A DNA stretch of 64,000 nucleotides. Origin: Mobula hypostoma. Taxonomy: Eukaryota. The notes beneath the pieces were generated by a model. That model was given only the letters and a program-made list of their open reading frames with translations, did not search any database and was not told the DNA's origin. Numbering within the stretch: position 1 is the first letter of the stretch; each line of letters begins with the position of its first letter. Of this stretch, positions 49,795 to 62,475 are shown piece after piece. The position numbers were made by a program, and so were the translations under genes. The stretch spans positions 11,100,001 to 11,164,000 of the forward strand of contig NC_086109.1 of the NCBI RefSeq assembly GCF_963921235.1, written 5' to 3'.

Positions 49795-50938
49795 GAATCA
49801 AAATCAGGTTTAATATCACTGGCATATGTCATGAAATTTGTTGTCTTTGAAGCAGCAGTACAATGCATCACATAATAGAAAATAAACTAAATTACTGTAA
49901 GTGTATATATTAAATAGTTAAATTAAATATGTAGTGAAAAAATGAAAATGAAAAATAGTAGTGAGGTAGTGTTCATGGGTTCAATGTCCATTCAGAAATC
50001 AGATGGCAGAGGGGAAGAAGCTGTTCCTGAACCGTTGTGTGCGTTCCTTCAGGTTTCTCTACCTCCTTCCTGATGGTAGCAGTGAGAACAAGGCATGACC
50101 TGGTTGATGAGGGTCCTTAATGATGGATGCCACCTTTTTGAGGCGTTGCTCCCTGAAGAAGTCCTGGAATCTATGGAGACTAATGCCTATGGCAGAGCTA
50201 AGTTTACAACTCGCTGCAGCTTATTTTGACCCTGTGCAGTAGCTCACTCCCCCCCCCAGACAAGACAGTGATACAGCCAGTTAGAATGCTCTCCATCTGC
50301 AGAAATTTGCGACTGTCTTTGGTGACATACCAAATCTCAAACTCCTAATGAATAATGGCTGCTGTCATACCTTCTTTGTAGCTGCATTGATATGTTTGCT
50401 CTGCGATAGATCCTCAAAGATATTGGCACCCAGGAACTTGAAATTGTTCACTGTTTCTACTTTAATCCCTCTGTGAGGACTGGTGTGTGTTTCCTTGTCG
50501 TACCCTATCTGAAGTCCACAATCAGTTCTTTGGTCTTACTGATGCTGAGTGCAGAGTTGTTGCTGCGACACCACTCAACTAGCTGATATATCTCATCACC
50601 ATCTGAAATTCTGCCAAGAATAGCTATACCATCAGCAAATTTATAGGTGGCATTTGAGCTGTGCCTTGCCACACTGTCATGGGTGTAAAGAGCGTAGAGC
50701 ATTGGGCTAAGTTCACATCCTTGAGGTGCGCCAGTATTGATTGTCAGCAAGGTGGAGATGGTATTTCCAGTCGGCACAGATTGTGGTCTTTCGGTTAGAA
50801 AGTTGAAGTTCCAGTTGTAGAGGGAGTTTTTCAATCAGGAATGATTATGTTAAATGTTGAGCTGTAGTCAATAAACTGTATCCTGACATAGGCATTTATA
50901 TTGTCCGGGTGATCCAAGGCCACATGAAGAGCCAATGG
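49795..50938 (-). mobile_element. Rex1/Babar LINE 3' fragment (RT)
   Basis: NTGAPQGCELSPMLYALYTHD, KFADG, SKTKELIVDFR; tail gatattaaacctgattttgattc. Confidence 0.9.
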
Positions 50939-51679
50939 ATAAAATATATAAAGTACCTACTTCTCGTTCATTAGCATTAATGTTGAGGCTTGCCTTTTTA
51001 ATGCAGTTGTTGTTTGAATGAAAATTACATCATATTTATGAGAAATCCTTTGAGAAAATCATAAAATTAACATGGATCACACATTAAGAAATCAGAACAA
51101 ATGCAGGTACTGCATTATTTCAGTAAGATCATTCCTGAACTTCTAACTCATCTCCACTTTCTTGGCCAATCCCTATATCCCTCACTTCATCAAAAGTTTA
51201 TATGTTTATTCCATGACTATTAGCTATCAGTTTAGGTCATTATAACTTGCTTAGGTCCGTCTGCCGTCTGTTTATTGTGTAATTTGGCGGAGATTTGCAT
51301 TGAATGGCAATGGGGTTTGACCTCATCTATGTATATGGTCAGCTCAATGATGAAACTAATCGCATAATGGAATTTCATTGTGGTCTGTGTGAAGAGTCAC
51401 CTGCAAGAAATGGTTGAGGGCTTTGAGACTGTATTACATACTACTAAACCCTGCAGCCAAGGGAAGCAGACAGAAGTCACAGGCCCCTTTTGGAGAGGTA
51501 ACTAAAAAATAACATCCATTTTATATTGATACCTGTGTGGGATCCTCAAACTTGGCAAACTACCATGATCAACTGGTTGTGAATACCTATGCTAGTAGAT
51601 GGTATATTATACATGCCAATGCTTGTCTGGACAGAGTGTGAGATTTTAACCTGGGTAGTTAATGCATATCGATAGAATT

Positions 51680-51885
51680 GGAATTGGTTTATTATTGTCA
51701 CATGTGCCAAGATACAGCGAAAAGCTTTTGCTTGCGTGCCATCCAGATAGATCATTCCATGCATGAGTACATTCAGGGTGGAATTGTTGTGCTATTCTGA
51801 TGGGAGAGTGCAGTGCAGGGCCATCCGAGGTAGATGGGGAGATCAGGGTTCACCTCCGATAAGAGTGAGACCTCGGGGAAAAAAA
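51680..51885 (-). mobile_element. Non-LTR 3' end fragment (Rex1/Babar-like)
   Basis: Minus-strand tail gcttttcgctgtatcttggcacatgtgacaataataaaccaattccaattc. Confidence 0.5.
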
Positions 51886-52059
51886 GGACAGAGTGGGTGG
51901 GAAATACATTGGGCCATGTAGCATAATGACCCAAGTACAGATCTGTCTATTTTATGATCTGTCGGCAAAATCAGCACCCATATCTGTACGAGAGGTGCAG
52001 TTGAAAACCATCGGTTTGGCATGACGAATGAATGCTCATTCTGTTAGGATTTGTTCTGG

Positions 52060-52436
52060 TTTCGCTGATGGGTGAATCGTAAACTCAGGCCAATATATCC
52101 CAACTTCTCGGGGACAGTGTTGCATCACGCGTGGCTTGGGAGGGGCTTGGTTTGGCGAGCCTTTCCTCTCTGCCAGCTGGGAGGGTGGCAGTGATTGTTG
52201 CTATTTAACGGCGGCTCGGTGCTGAGGCTGAGGAGTTCGGATGATTGCTGGTTCCTCGTCGACAAAACGGGTAATAAAGCGCTACCATCTCTCTGGGGTG
52301 ACTGCAATAATCCCATTTATGTTTCGTTTGTATTCGGTGTTGATTTCAAGCAAATAGGCGAAGCGAGTCTAGAAAATCTCGTGCAGCATTGTAACCCCCT
52401 CCCCCATCTCCCTCTCCCTTTTTCTTCAGCTGCTTG
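52060..52436 (+). promoter_or_regulatory. Probable internal alternative promoter and non-coding first exon
   Basis: Local CpG enrichment outside recognisable repeats (~52.0-53.0 kb). CCAAT at 52090, GC-box-like GGGAGGGGC, TATTTAA at 52202, and consensus donor tg|GTAAGT at 52436/52437. Confidence 0.6.
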
Positions 52437-54631
52437 GTAAGTAGCACATTGCTAGATGGAAGCTTTTAAACACAAAAAGTTGCAGTTTTCAGTCGGGCTA
52501 AAAATTAAAATTAATAATGTATAAGTTTCAGGGATTGTATTGCAGTAATTAATACGGGAATGCCGAGAAGGCACGTTTAATATAACCTTGCACTTCCTCT
52601 GTATGAAATCAGAATCGCCTTCGTCTCTGCATTGCGTGGCCTCATCAATTCTGCCGATCTTAATGTAGATTGTACATCAATTTATTAACCGCAAGAGGTA
52701 ACTGAAATGTGTGGCTAAATACTGTTGCCAGGTTATGCGGTAGTGACTGCAGTATGTATAAAGGATTTAATCCGGAGGGTGTACTTGCTGTAGTTGTCCA
52801 CTTACACGTCGAATATCTGAGCTGGTCTACTTTCTCCCGGCTAAATGTATGTGATTCGGTTCTGAAAGTCCATTCGGCGCAGCTCTACCTTGTAATTGTA
52901 CGTCTGAGCGAGTGTCTGCTGTTTATTCTGCAGTTAGATGCTGCATCCTGTGTAATATGCAGCATTGATTTTCGTTTTAATGAAATACTTACGTTTTCAT
53001 GGCTTTAATCTAATGCTTGTCTTGGTTAAAGTTTTAATAACTCAAGGAAGAGATGCAGCCATTCTGATTTGCTGGGCAATACCCAAATTAGCATGTGTGT
53101 GATGCGAAAATAGTCGTAACCTTGTTTTTTGACTTGGGCATTTGAAATTTGTTTACACAGCTTTATGATTTTATTCTTTTTTTTAAAAAACATTGTTGCT
53201 TCGGATTCGTAGTTGAATTTACCTGTGTTGTAACTAATTTGTTTTCCAATATTACTAATTCATCATCCATGCCCTAACTGAGGTTTTTCTTTTCCATTGT
53301 TCAGTTGGAGGGGGTAAAATAATGCCAAGGTGTGTTGAAATCAATGTGGCAGCATCTGTGCTAAGAAAGTGATTTTTAATCAGCAATGAAAGTATACAAG
53401 TAATAATCGTTAAACAAACATAAAGAGCAAGTTGCTAGGGAAGGAAAGAATTCAAAAAAGATCTCTACGATATGAGGCAGGAGCAATCAAATGATTGAAG
53501 GAGGATTGATGTGAAAGGGGAACGAGATTAATGGACATGGGAGGCCGAGAGAAAAGAAAACAAAGGAACAATTGCAAAATTGTTACCAGCAAATGGAAAT
53601 TATTGGCACAGAAGATTTATGGCATGCTGGGAAATGTGGGGTTTGCAGTAACCCCATCCATAACTTTTATTCCTTGTTCCTTTACATTTTGATTTCAAAA
53701 TCTTAAATAATTGTTCTTTTCTTTGACTGGGCATTAATCTCCAGCACTGTATAATTTAATCAAGTAAACATAATTACAACTTTCTGAACAGTGTAAAATG
53801 CCATACTGGTGCCCTGTCTCATGACATTGTAACATCTGGATCTTTTAACACTTTAGCCACAATTTGTGATTTTAAAAAGTACCATATTGGAGTTATTTGA
53901 ATAGTCTGTGTCACTGATGCTTTTTTAATACATCTATCAGCCTGACTTGATATTTCTTGTAACATTTTTTAAGCTATTAGGCAACCTATGCATCAACATG
54001 TTAGACCCATGAATGAAATTGAAGTTAAAAAGGAAGTAAGCTGCCTTGCAAAGAGAGAATTAAAAAAAAGTCAGGTGTTTATTGATGCAGTTCCAATGAA
54101 AAGTTCATAATATCATTTGGTCAGCTTGCTGGGTGAAATTGGGTCAGGCAGCTCCAATCTGTCAGTGGATGATGAGTTTGCATACCTACCTGAAGCTTCT
54201 TGTATCATTATGAATTTATAATCAGAAGGAGTTAGCTTCCTTACCTCTTAGTTTTTATTTTCAGTTTAGCTTTGAGAAATTCTCGGCAATTAAAGTTGCT
54301 GATACAAATCTAAATGTGTTACATGCAGTAAGCATTTAAGGTAAAGTTAAACAACACCTGTCAGCATTTTTAGCCCTTTTAGAAATTGAATGATTCATTT
54401 GGAACATTAATTTTGAGCTGAAAGATAGAAATAGTTTAATGGATTTGGAATTAAATAACGTTATCAGATTTTGAAGTTCGACTTCAAATCCCTACAGTTA
54501 GATTTGATGTTTGCTGAAGACCTAAGTTAGCTGCGATGATAGAAGAAACAGTTTACTTTTGGATTTGTTTGGCCAGAAAAGTGTAACAAGGTTCTGATAA
54601 ATCTCTTCATTGGTTTGTACTGTTTTTACAG

Positions 54632-54728
54632 TCGCTCTCTTCCAATACACAATATTTTCAGTACATGAGGAAGACAAAGAAAAACTTTCAATGGAAATTA
54701 AAATACCTGCTGCAAACACAAGAGAAAG
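54632..54728 (+). CDS. Candidate exon of the + strand gene, possibly an alternative N-terminus MRKTKKNFQWKLKYLLQTQEK from ATG 54665
   Basis: Acceptor tgtactgtttttacag| and donor aag|gttgtc. The ATG frame exits in phase 1, like exon 10550-10634. A second frame (VALFQY...EEDKEKLSMEIKIPAANTRE) is also open. Confidence 0.4.
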
Positions 54729-55134
54729 GTTGTCTGTATAGTGCTGTCAGGATGGGGGACTGGGAAAATAATTTAAATCAACACTTTTTTTCATATCGCA
54801 TTTTTTTGATGCTTGTGCAGGCAACAAGGCTTCGCATTATGTTAAATTCCAGTAAAGTCCAATTTCTAGGAATGCTTCCAAATATCACCCCATCCTTCCT
54901 GTCTAAAATAGTTTTGATACATTCAATACCTTTTGATCTTATGAGAACTATTCTACATGGAATTTTGGAAGAAGATTCCACGATATCTATCATAACTACT
55001 TTCAAAACAGGTTGGTTCAGCAGAGAATAGATGGGCAGAAGGGCTTGCTTCTATGCTGTGGTGCTCTATGACTCTAGTTTTGGGGAAAGTGATCAATGTA
55101 TTACTATTCAATTTCATAAGTCAAAGTGAAAATG

Positions 55135-55660
55135 TATTTTATTTATTTATTTGGAGATACGGTGCTTAACAGGCCCTTCTGGCCCATTGAGCCTGCCAGT
55201 AACACACTGATATATCCCTAGCCTAATCACAGGACAATTTATAATGACCAATTAACCTACTGATTGGTTTCACGCACAAAATGCTGGAGGACTCAGTAGG
55301 TTAGGCAACGTCTATGGAAAGGAATAAAAAATTGAGGTTTTGGGCCAAAGCCCTTCATCAGGTTCTGATGAAGAGTCTTGATCCGAAATGGTGACTATTT
55401 ACTCTTTTCAGTAGATGCTGCCTGACCTGAGTTCCTCCAGCACTTTGTGTGTGTTGTCTTGGATCTCTAACATCTGCAGATTTTCTTGTGTTTGTGATAC
55501 TAACTGTATGGCTTTGGACCATGGGAGGAAACTGCAGCACCCAGAGGAAACCTACACAGACATGGGAAGAACTTACCAATTTCTTACAGATGGCATTGGA
55601 ATTAAACTTCAAACTCCAGCACCCTAAGCTGTAAAAGCATTGCACTAACTGCTACGCTAT
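55135..55660 (-). mobile_element. HE1-like V-SINE with a CR1-type tail, interrupted by Penelope
   Basis: (ttta)n-ggagatacggtgc...aggcccttctggccc tail and gggaggaaactgcagcacccagaggaaacc V domain. Confidence 0.85.
55271..55497 (+). mobile_element. Penelope fold-back pLTR insertion
   Basis: Arms meet at cttcatcagg|ttctgatgaag; the sense arm has ctgatgaagagtcttgatccgaaatg, then the tail. Confidence 0.85.
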
Positions 55661-55699
55661 ACAAGGAACCTTGTATGCACAACACAGAAATTAACAATG

Positions 55700-56590
55700 A
55701 AGGCAAAATATCCAATTGTCTTTATTGTAATAGGAGTTGTTGCAAGTGCAATGAAGTTTACTGTGCAGGGCTTTAATTTTGTCAAGCTTGGAGTATTATC
55801 TACAGCTTTTGTCTCTACATCTGAATGAGGATATATAGACCTTGGAGTCGGCAGGAAAGATTCACTGGATTAATTTTTGGGATAAACTGCTTATGAGGCA
55901 CCAATTAAATGGGTTGGAGGTAAACTCAATAACATAGAAGAACAACAGTAGATTTTATTGAAATATATTTAATTCTGCAAGTGATTGACAGAATAGATAC
56001 TGAAAGCTTATTTTCTTAGTTGGGATTGTCCGGAACTAGGGAGACAGAAATTTCGGGATAAAAGGTTATTCATTTAGATGTGAAATTTCTTACCTTAGGG
56101 TTGTGAATCTTTGAAATATTCTACCATGCTGTGGGCACGTGGCCTAGTGGTTAAGGCATTGGACTCGCGACCTGAAGGTCGTGAGTTTGAGTCCCAGCCG
56201 AGGCAACGTGTTGTGTCCTTGAGCAAGGCACTTAATCACACATTGCTCTGCGACGACACTGGTGCCAAGCTGTATGGGTCCTATTGCCCTTCCCTTGGAC
56301 AACATTGGTGTCGTGGAGAGGGGAGATTTGCAGCATGGGCAACTGCTGGTCTTCCATACAACCTTGCCCAGGCCTGCGCCCCGGAGAGTGAAGACTTTCC
56401 AGGCACAGATCCATGGTCTCGCAAGACTAACGGATGCCTTTTACCATGCTGTAATGCTTGTTCAGATGATGAATATAGTTTAAGCTAAGCTCAGATTTTT
56501 TTGATTAAGGAAAAGGATGAGATGAAAAGGTGGGTTTCATGCAGTGGATCAATCACAGTCTTATTGAAAGATGAACCAGACTTGTTAATT
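55700..56590 (+). mobile_element. Old CR1 3' remnant hosting a SINE
   Basis: ttggagtatt...cagcttttgtctc (LEY..QFWS-like) and agggttgtgaatctttgaaat (RVVNLWN-like). Confidence 0.55.
56133..56441 (+). mobile_element. tRNA-derived SINE with a CORE-like segment and RTE-derived body and tail
   Basis: A box TGGCCTAGTGG (56140), B box GTTTGAGTCC (56185), tgtgtccttgagcaaggcacttaa, tail ccatggtctcgcaagactaacggatgcc, and an exact 11-bp TSD taccatgctgt at 56122-56132 and 56442-56452. Confidence 0.9.
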
Positions 56591-57301
56591 TAAGGACTTT
56601 ATGCTTTAGATTCTACTTTGATACTAAATAACAAATGTGATAAGTAGATGTACTTTTAAATATTATAGAACAAGAAACTGAATGACCATGTAGGTTAAAT
56701 GTTAAAATTGTCATGTAGTTACTGAGGAGAAAAAAATCTATTTTTAGTGGTGGGAGAAAGAAAAAGATATTTGTCTTAATAGTGAGGAGAATCGTATGGC
56801 GAATCTTACAAAGGTGTTCTGTGTAGAGTGAAGGAATATAAATTCAAGTTTAATCTTATGGGAGTAATTCATGCTTCCTAATCCCTAACCCTGAGGATGC
56901 TGAGTATGGTTAAGTGCACTTCTATGATTATAGCTGAGTTTCCAGGAGAACTGATTGAATGCCAGATATGACTTATTGTGATTTCTTTTTGGAACTTCAG
57001 CAGTGCAATGTTCTGTAACTCAACCACATTTTGAGCTTGATCACCTTTTTCAGTTTTCATAGTTTTGTATTGTATATGACAGCTGAGTTAACCAATTAGT
57101 TATTGTTAGCGCAAGTTTTTAGGTTAACATATGGAATTGTACACCATCTCATCTAATGACAGCTGTTTTTGTTGCATGTTCAACAGGGAAAATAGGGATT
57201 TCAGAGCAGGAAGTGACATTGTGGCAGAATGGAGTTGTAAATAATCTGTGCTGAATACAAATAATGAGACTTATTCCAATTCTAGTGTTTTTTTTTACAT
57301 T

Positions 57302-57912
57302 ATGAAGACATGTTGTCTTTTATTGTCATTTAGTGCATTAAGAAATGATACAATATTTCCTCCGGTGTGATATCACAAAACACAGGACAGACCAAGACTG
57401 AAAAAAACTGACAAAACCACGTAATTATAACATATAGTTACAAGAGTGCAACAATACCATAACTTGATGAAGAAGTCCATGAGCACAGTAAAAGTTCAAA
57501 GTCTCTCAAACGTCCCACATCTCACGCAGATGGGAGAAGGAGGAACTCTCCCTGCTATGCCGACCACAGTCCGACTCTGAGTCATCCGAAAACTTCGAGC
57601 TCTGATCAGCTCTCCGACACCAAGTACTGAGCGCCATCTCTGTCTGAACGATTCGACCTCAACCTCGGTCGCCAACAGCAGGCAAAGCCGGGGATTTTGA
57701 GGCCTACCCTCCGAAAGATTCCCGACTACGCAGTAACGACAGCAGCGAACGAGCGTTTCAGAAATTTCTCCAGATGTTCCTCTGTGCTTTCACGTCCATT
57801 CTCCATCAAATCAGAATTGTCCACGGCCCCTATTTAATAGATACGATATCATTTTTCACTGGAGGGCTGTGCACGCACGCAGTGTGCTGCTCTCTCTCTC
57901 CTCCCGCCTCGG
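57302..57912 (-). mobile_element. Young CpG-rich non-autonomous retroelement-like insert
   Basis: CpG-rich block with a minus-strand end ...aatgacaataaaag; flanked by ttacatt(a/g)t. Confidence 0.5.
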
Positions 57913-58634
57913 AGGTATTACATTGTTGCATGAATACCTTGTTTCTGACTGTGTCTTTGGACTCAACAATATATTTGAGCTGTATCCCTTCATAAAGATA
58001 CTGTCTAGATTATGAAGTTTAATTATTGAATTTTTATTCACTATTGAGTCATTCACTGTTATAAGCAGAGATATTGCAGTTTTAGAAGGAGAACAGCTTA
58101 ATTGTTCATTTTTTTACTTTGAGTTGGAGGGACACAGAAGTGTAAAGGTACACAATGCATGATAAAATGCTTCCCCATGGAGGGAGATCAGATGGCGAGT
58201 GCTCCCAGGCTGTTACTGTGCAGTCCTTTGTGGTGGATTGTACGCTGTTGTTGAACGTCTAAACACACCTTGTTGCCTGCTTTGATTTGTAGCTGGAAGG
58301 ATGTATGAATCTCAGATAAAATTAAGCTTTTTAGTTTTGTGTATTAAGTTTTTCTAGTTCTGAAAGGGCTGTCGATGAAGAATATAAGGATGCCTGGAAT
58401 GATATGAAAAAAGAGCAATAATGTTCAAATTCCAAATCTTCAGTGTTTATTGTATATGGAGGATAGTCTTACAGTGAATTGAGAAAGTTTTACTTCAGTA
58501 TTGATTGGTTGAGCTTAACTTTTCTTGATTCTTTATTTAGTCAGTGTCTATCAAGACAAATGGGTTATTGCACTCAAATTTGCTTCTATATCTGATATGC
58601 TAATTTTGTTTGCTTAATCTTGCATCAAAAGAAG

Positions 58635-58920
58635 ATAGAACATACAACACACAACACGGGACAGGCCCTTTCGCTCACCATGTTGTGCTGAGTTAATTAA
58701 ACCAACGAATCCTAATTAATCTAATCCCTTTTCCCCACACATTGAACACATCCCTCTCTTCTTTGCGTATTCATATACCTGCTTACAAGTTTCTTAAATG
58801 CTCCAGTGATATCTAGCTCTGCCACCGCCCTGGCAGTGCATTACTCTGTGTATTTTAAAAAAAACCTTGCCTCACATGCCCCCTTTTAACCTTAAAGACA
58901 TGCTCTCTAGTACTAGATAC
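58635..58920 (-). mobile_element. CR1 3' end remnant
   Basis: atagaacatacaacaca...acaggccctttcgctcaccatgttgtgctg; ccaccgccctggcagtgcatt. Confidence 0.7.
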
Positions 58921-58948
58921 TTCAGTTCATCGCAAAAGATCTACTGAA

Positions 58949-59045
58949 CAACACACACAAAATGTAGTCTGGCCTGCTGAGTTCCTCCACCATTTTGTGT
59001 GTGTTGCTTGGATTTTCAGCATCTGCAGATTTTCTCTTGTTTGTG
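58949..59045 (+). mobile_element. Minimal Penelope fold-back insertion (97 bp)
   Basis: 16-nt antisense arm caacacacacaaaatg, sense arm and tail. TSD aaaagatctact(g/a)aa at 58934-58948 and 59046-59060. Confidence 0.88.
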
Positions 59046-59139
59046 AAAAGATCTACTAAACCCATTTGAGGGATTTTCATGAGCCTATATCCACTCAAAA
59101 GTGTGATTATTTACTAATGTATTAAAATTTTTGATCTAG

Positions 59140-59390
59140 TGGTTAGCATGATGCTATTACAGCTCGGTGTCAGAATTCCATCCCGACATTCTCTGTAAAG
59201 AGTCTCTGTATGTCCACCCCATGGAATGAGTATGTTTTCCTTGGGTGCTCCAATTTCCTCCTGTAGTTCAAAGACCTGCTGTTTTTGGTATTGCTCATTG
59301 GAAAATATCATGTGAATAGGTTAGGGTCACATTAGGGTCACAGGGGTGACATTGTTCAAAGGGCCAACTCCGCACTGTGTTGCTAAATAA
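59140..59390 (+). mobile_element. HE1-like V-SINE, degenerate
   Basis: tagtggttagcatgatgctattacagc head, ttttccttgggtgctccaatttcctcc V domain, CR1-like tail. Confidence 0.7.
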
Positions 59391-59607
59391 TTTAACAGAC
59401 TCTATCCAAAGGTCCTTGCTGAACTGAGTTGTTCCAGCATTTTCTATTTTTATTTCAGATTTTCCTCATTGTGGCCTTTGGCACTATGTAAAATTATTTC
59501 CTACTGCCGCACTTTTGTCTTTTTTCCCTGTAATTATAACCTTGCAGTACAAATGTATGGTGTCTCAATTTTGTACTGGAGGTGAAGGGGAAACTACTGC
59601 ACTCCAG

Positions 59608-59796
59608 ACAACACTCAAAATGCTGGAGGAACTTGGGTCATACAGCATCTATGAAAAGAAATAAATAGTTGACAGGCCCCTACCTGAAGCTTCAACTGTT
59701 TATCCCCCTTCATGGATGCTGCCTGATCTACTAGGTTCCTCCAGCATTTTGTGTGTGCTCCAGTGGATTTCCAGCCTCAGCAGAATCTCTTGTTTA
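59608..59796 (+). mobile_element. Penelope fold-back pLTR insertion
   Basis: caacactcaaaatgctggagg... / ...cctccagcattttgtgtgtg plus tail; degenerate TSD tgcactccag / tgcattcgag. Confidence 0.8.
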
Positions 59797-60694
59797 TGCA
59801 TTCGAGTTAGTTTCTTCAGAATGCTGTTAATCATTTGTGCATCTGTGGGAGTTAAGAGGTGGGTTTTCTTGGAATTATAGTTTTATTTATTGATTACAGC
59901 TCTACCTTCAGTATTAATAGGTTCAAATGATGAGCGTAGTAGTTGAATTAATGTGGGTTAAAGTTATCTGGGAGACTGGAGTTAATGCAAACCATGGCTA
60001 GCCTCTCAAAGTCCTTCATGATGTGGATCTCAGAACCAGCAGGCTTATCATTCTTGAATTTCACATTCCATTCATTGAAAGCTTTTGTTTGTGGCAAACT
60101 GTCATATTGCTTGTTGTATGTAGTGCCTGAGCATGCTAGGGGTTGGCTTTTGTGAGTTTTGATGAAGTTACTGTCCTTTTTATTTCTTGTATCAGGTTAT
60201 CATCTATAGTTGGTGTTGGGAGGGTGATCTTGGAAGGTATTGCTTGGCAGAGTTAGTGGATGTTGCAGAATTTCTCATTTTTAAATACATTTTAGGTGTT
60301 TCGGCCTGCTGGAAAATGCATTTTATTGATACGCATGGTTGTAATGCTCAATACCTGCTTTCATGAAAATACATCAGAATTGGCATAATCACAAGTAAAA
60401 TGTACTTTTTTGTAAGTTATGTAATAAACATTAAATATACTTTCTTTAGTTCATAATGGAAATTATTAGAAATGATGTGCATCTGAGATTATCTTTTCTA
60501 TCCTAAAAATAATGGTGATAACTTTAACCTATGGTGACATCTTAAAAGTTCTGATTGAACAGCTCTGTGTAACAGATAAATATAGAAAGCTGTTGTATCC
60601 TGGAAACTGGATGGTTAGATTGAGGCTATTAACAGGTAATGATGGAGGAGGTTTCTTTCTCTCTTCATTTTTGATCTTCTATTGGACTAAAGTA

Positions 60695-61220
60695 GACTCA
60701 ATGGCTACTGTTTTAGGTACATGAGTGGAACTTGGTGTGGTCTTCTGATGCTGCAGCCCATCCACTTGAAGGTTCAACTTGTTGTGCATTTAGAGATGCT
60801 TCTCTGCACACCACTGTTGTAGCGTATGGTTATTTGAGTTACTGCCAGCTTGAACAAGCCAGGCCATTTTTCTCTGACCTCTCTCATTATCAAGGCACTT
60901 GGGCTCAAAGAACTGCCACTCACTGAATGTTTTTTTGTTTTTTGCATTGTTCTTTGTAAACTCCAGAGACTGTTGTAGGAGGTCACCAGATTCTGAGATA
61001 CTCAAACCACCCTATCTGGCACCACCGTCATCGTCCACGGTCAAAGTCACTTAGATTACATTTCTGCCCCATTCTGATGTTTGGTCTAAACAACAGCTGA
61101 ATTACTTGAACATGCCTTTTATGCTTTTATGCATTTAATTGCTACCTCATGATTGGCTATTTAGATATTTGCATTAACAGGCAGGTACACAGGCATACCT
61201 AATAAAGTCGACACTGAATG
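60695..61220 (-). mobile_element. Internally deleted Tc1-like transposon, short-TIR family
   Basis: TA|gactcaatggctactgttttaggtac...tacctaataaagtcgacactgaatg|TA. Transposase N-terminal remnant ERGQRKMAWLVQA / VTQITIRYNSGVQRSIS. Confidence 0.85.
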
Positions 61221-62003
61221 TACAAAAATATGATGCAGAGTTCTGTCCTTGGTGTAGCATACCCCTTTTTATTTAAAAAAAAGAATAAGAGCTCAAGGAT
61301 ACTAATAACTGATTCTGTCTTTAGAGAACTCAATATGGTCAAATTTATTTATATCATTACAGAAATAATGGAATCTGAAAAAGAACAGTATGAGATGAAA
61401 TTTACCAAATACACATGGTCAAATAAGATCAGTAGTATATATGTTTTACCATAAAGTAAGTGGAAATCACTTTATGAACATGTAGGATGAAAAATGTGAT
61501 GAACTCATACTACGGATAGTTTTTGATGTAAGTTTAAAATAAAGCAAAAAGAAATGGATTAATCTTGATAATTGCAAGACTTGTCATCCTGAAGTCTTTT
61601 CACCATCCGTAAGGCGTAAGTCAGGAGCATGATAGAATACTCTACTTGCCTGGATGCATGCAGTAACAGTAACTCTCACGAAGCCCAACACCATCCCGGA
61701 CAGAGCCACCTGCTTGCTTTGTGTGTCATCAACTGCTCTAAACATTTATTCTCTGATGGACAGTGGAATACAAATGTGTACTATTTGCAGAAAAGCAATG
61801 CAGCCACTTGAAGATAGAGAACACTACAGCACAGAAACAGACCCTTCAACCCATCTGGTCTGTGCCAAACTATTAATCTGCCTCGTCCCATTGACCTGCA
61901 CCCAGACCATAGCCCTTTATAACCCTCCTGTCTATGCACCTATCCAGCTCGTTCAACACTCTCACCACCTTCTGAGTGAAGAGGTTTCCCCTCATGTTCC
62001 TCT

Positions 62004-62429
62004 TTTTTTTTTGTAATTCAAATTTTTATTATTATTCTTATTTTACAAAGCAGCACAGCATATCATAGAGCAGATGCAGTACAGCATATTTACACAGCCA
62101 TCCCATGACAGGAAAGCAAATAAAACTTAGAAACAGAAAGAAGTTAATTTAAGTTTAGATTAACATACAACCAAAATTGATCCCACGCGTCTTGCACTTT
62201 TCCCTCACTGTTAATTCTTCCCAACATGTGTTCATATGATGAAATCTTAATCATTTCTTCAGTCTATTCCTTCACAGTTGGACATCTGGGTTTTCTCCAG
62301 TTTTGCAATATAATTCTTGCAACTGTGATGAGACCCACCTTTAAAATAGTAAATTTGTCATTGTTTACATTAGGTATCATTGTTCTATCACCCAAGAGAC
62401 AAAGCCGTGGGCACAAGGGCAGTGTGGAA
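62004..62429 (-). mobile_element. L1-clade 3' fragment nested in CR1
   Basis: GLITVARIILQNWRKPRCPT, poly-A end, and a 16-bp TSD cccctcatgttcctct / ccccccacgttcctct (14/16). Confidence 0.8.
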
Positions 62430-62475
62430 CCCCCCACGTTCCTCTTAAACATTTTACCTTTCACCCTTAAGCCAT

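Noticed and set aside
54665..55030. 121-aa ORF as a complete gene
   Set aside because: No recognisable domain, and the sequence after 54728 looks intronic.
56133..56205. tRNA gene
   Set aside because: It is the head of a TSD-flanked SINE with imperfect cloverleaf pairing and no terminator after the tRNA-like part.
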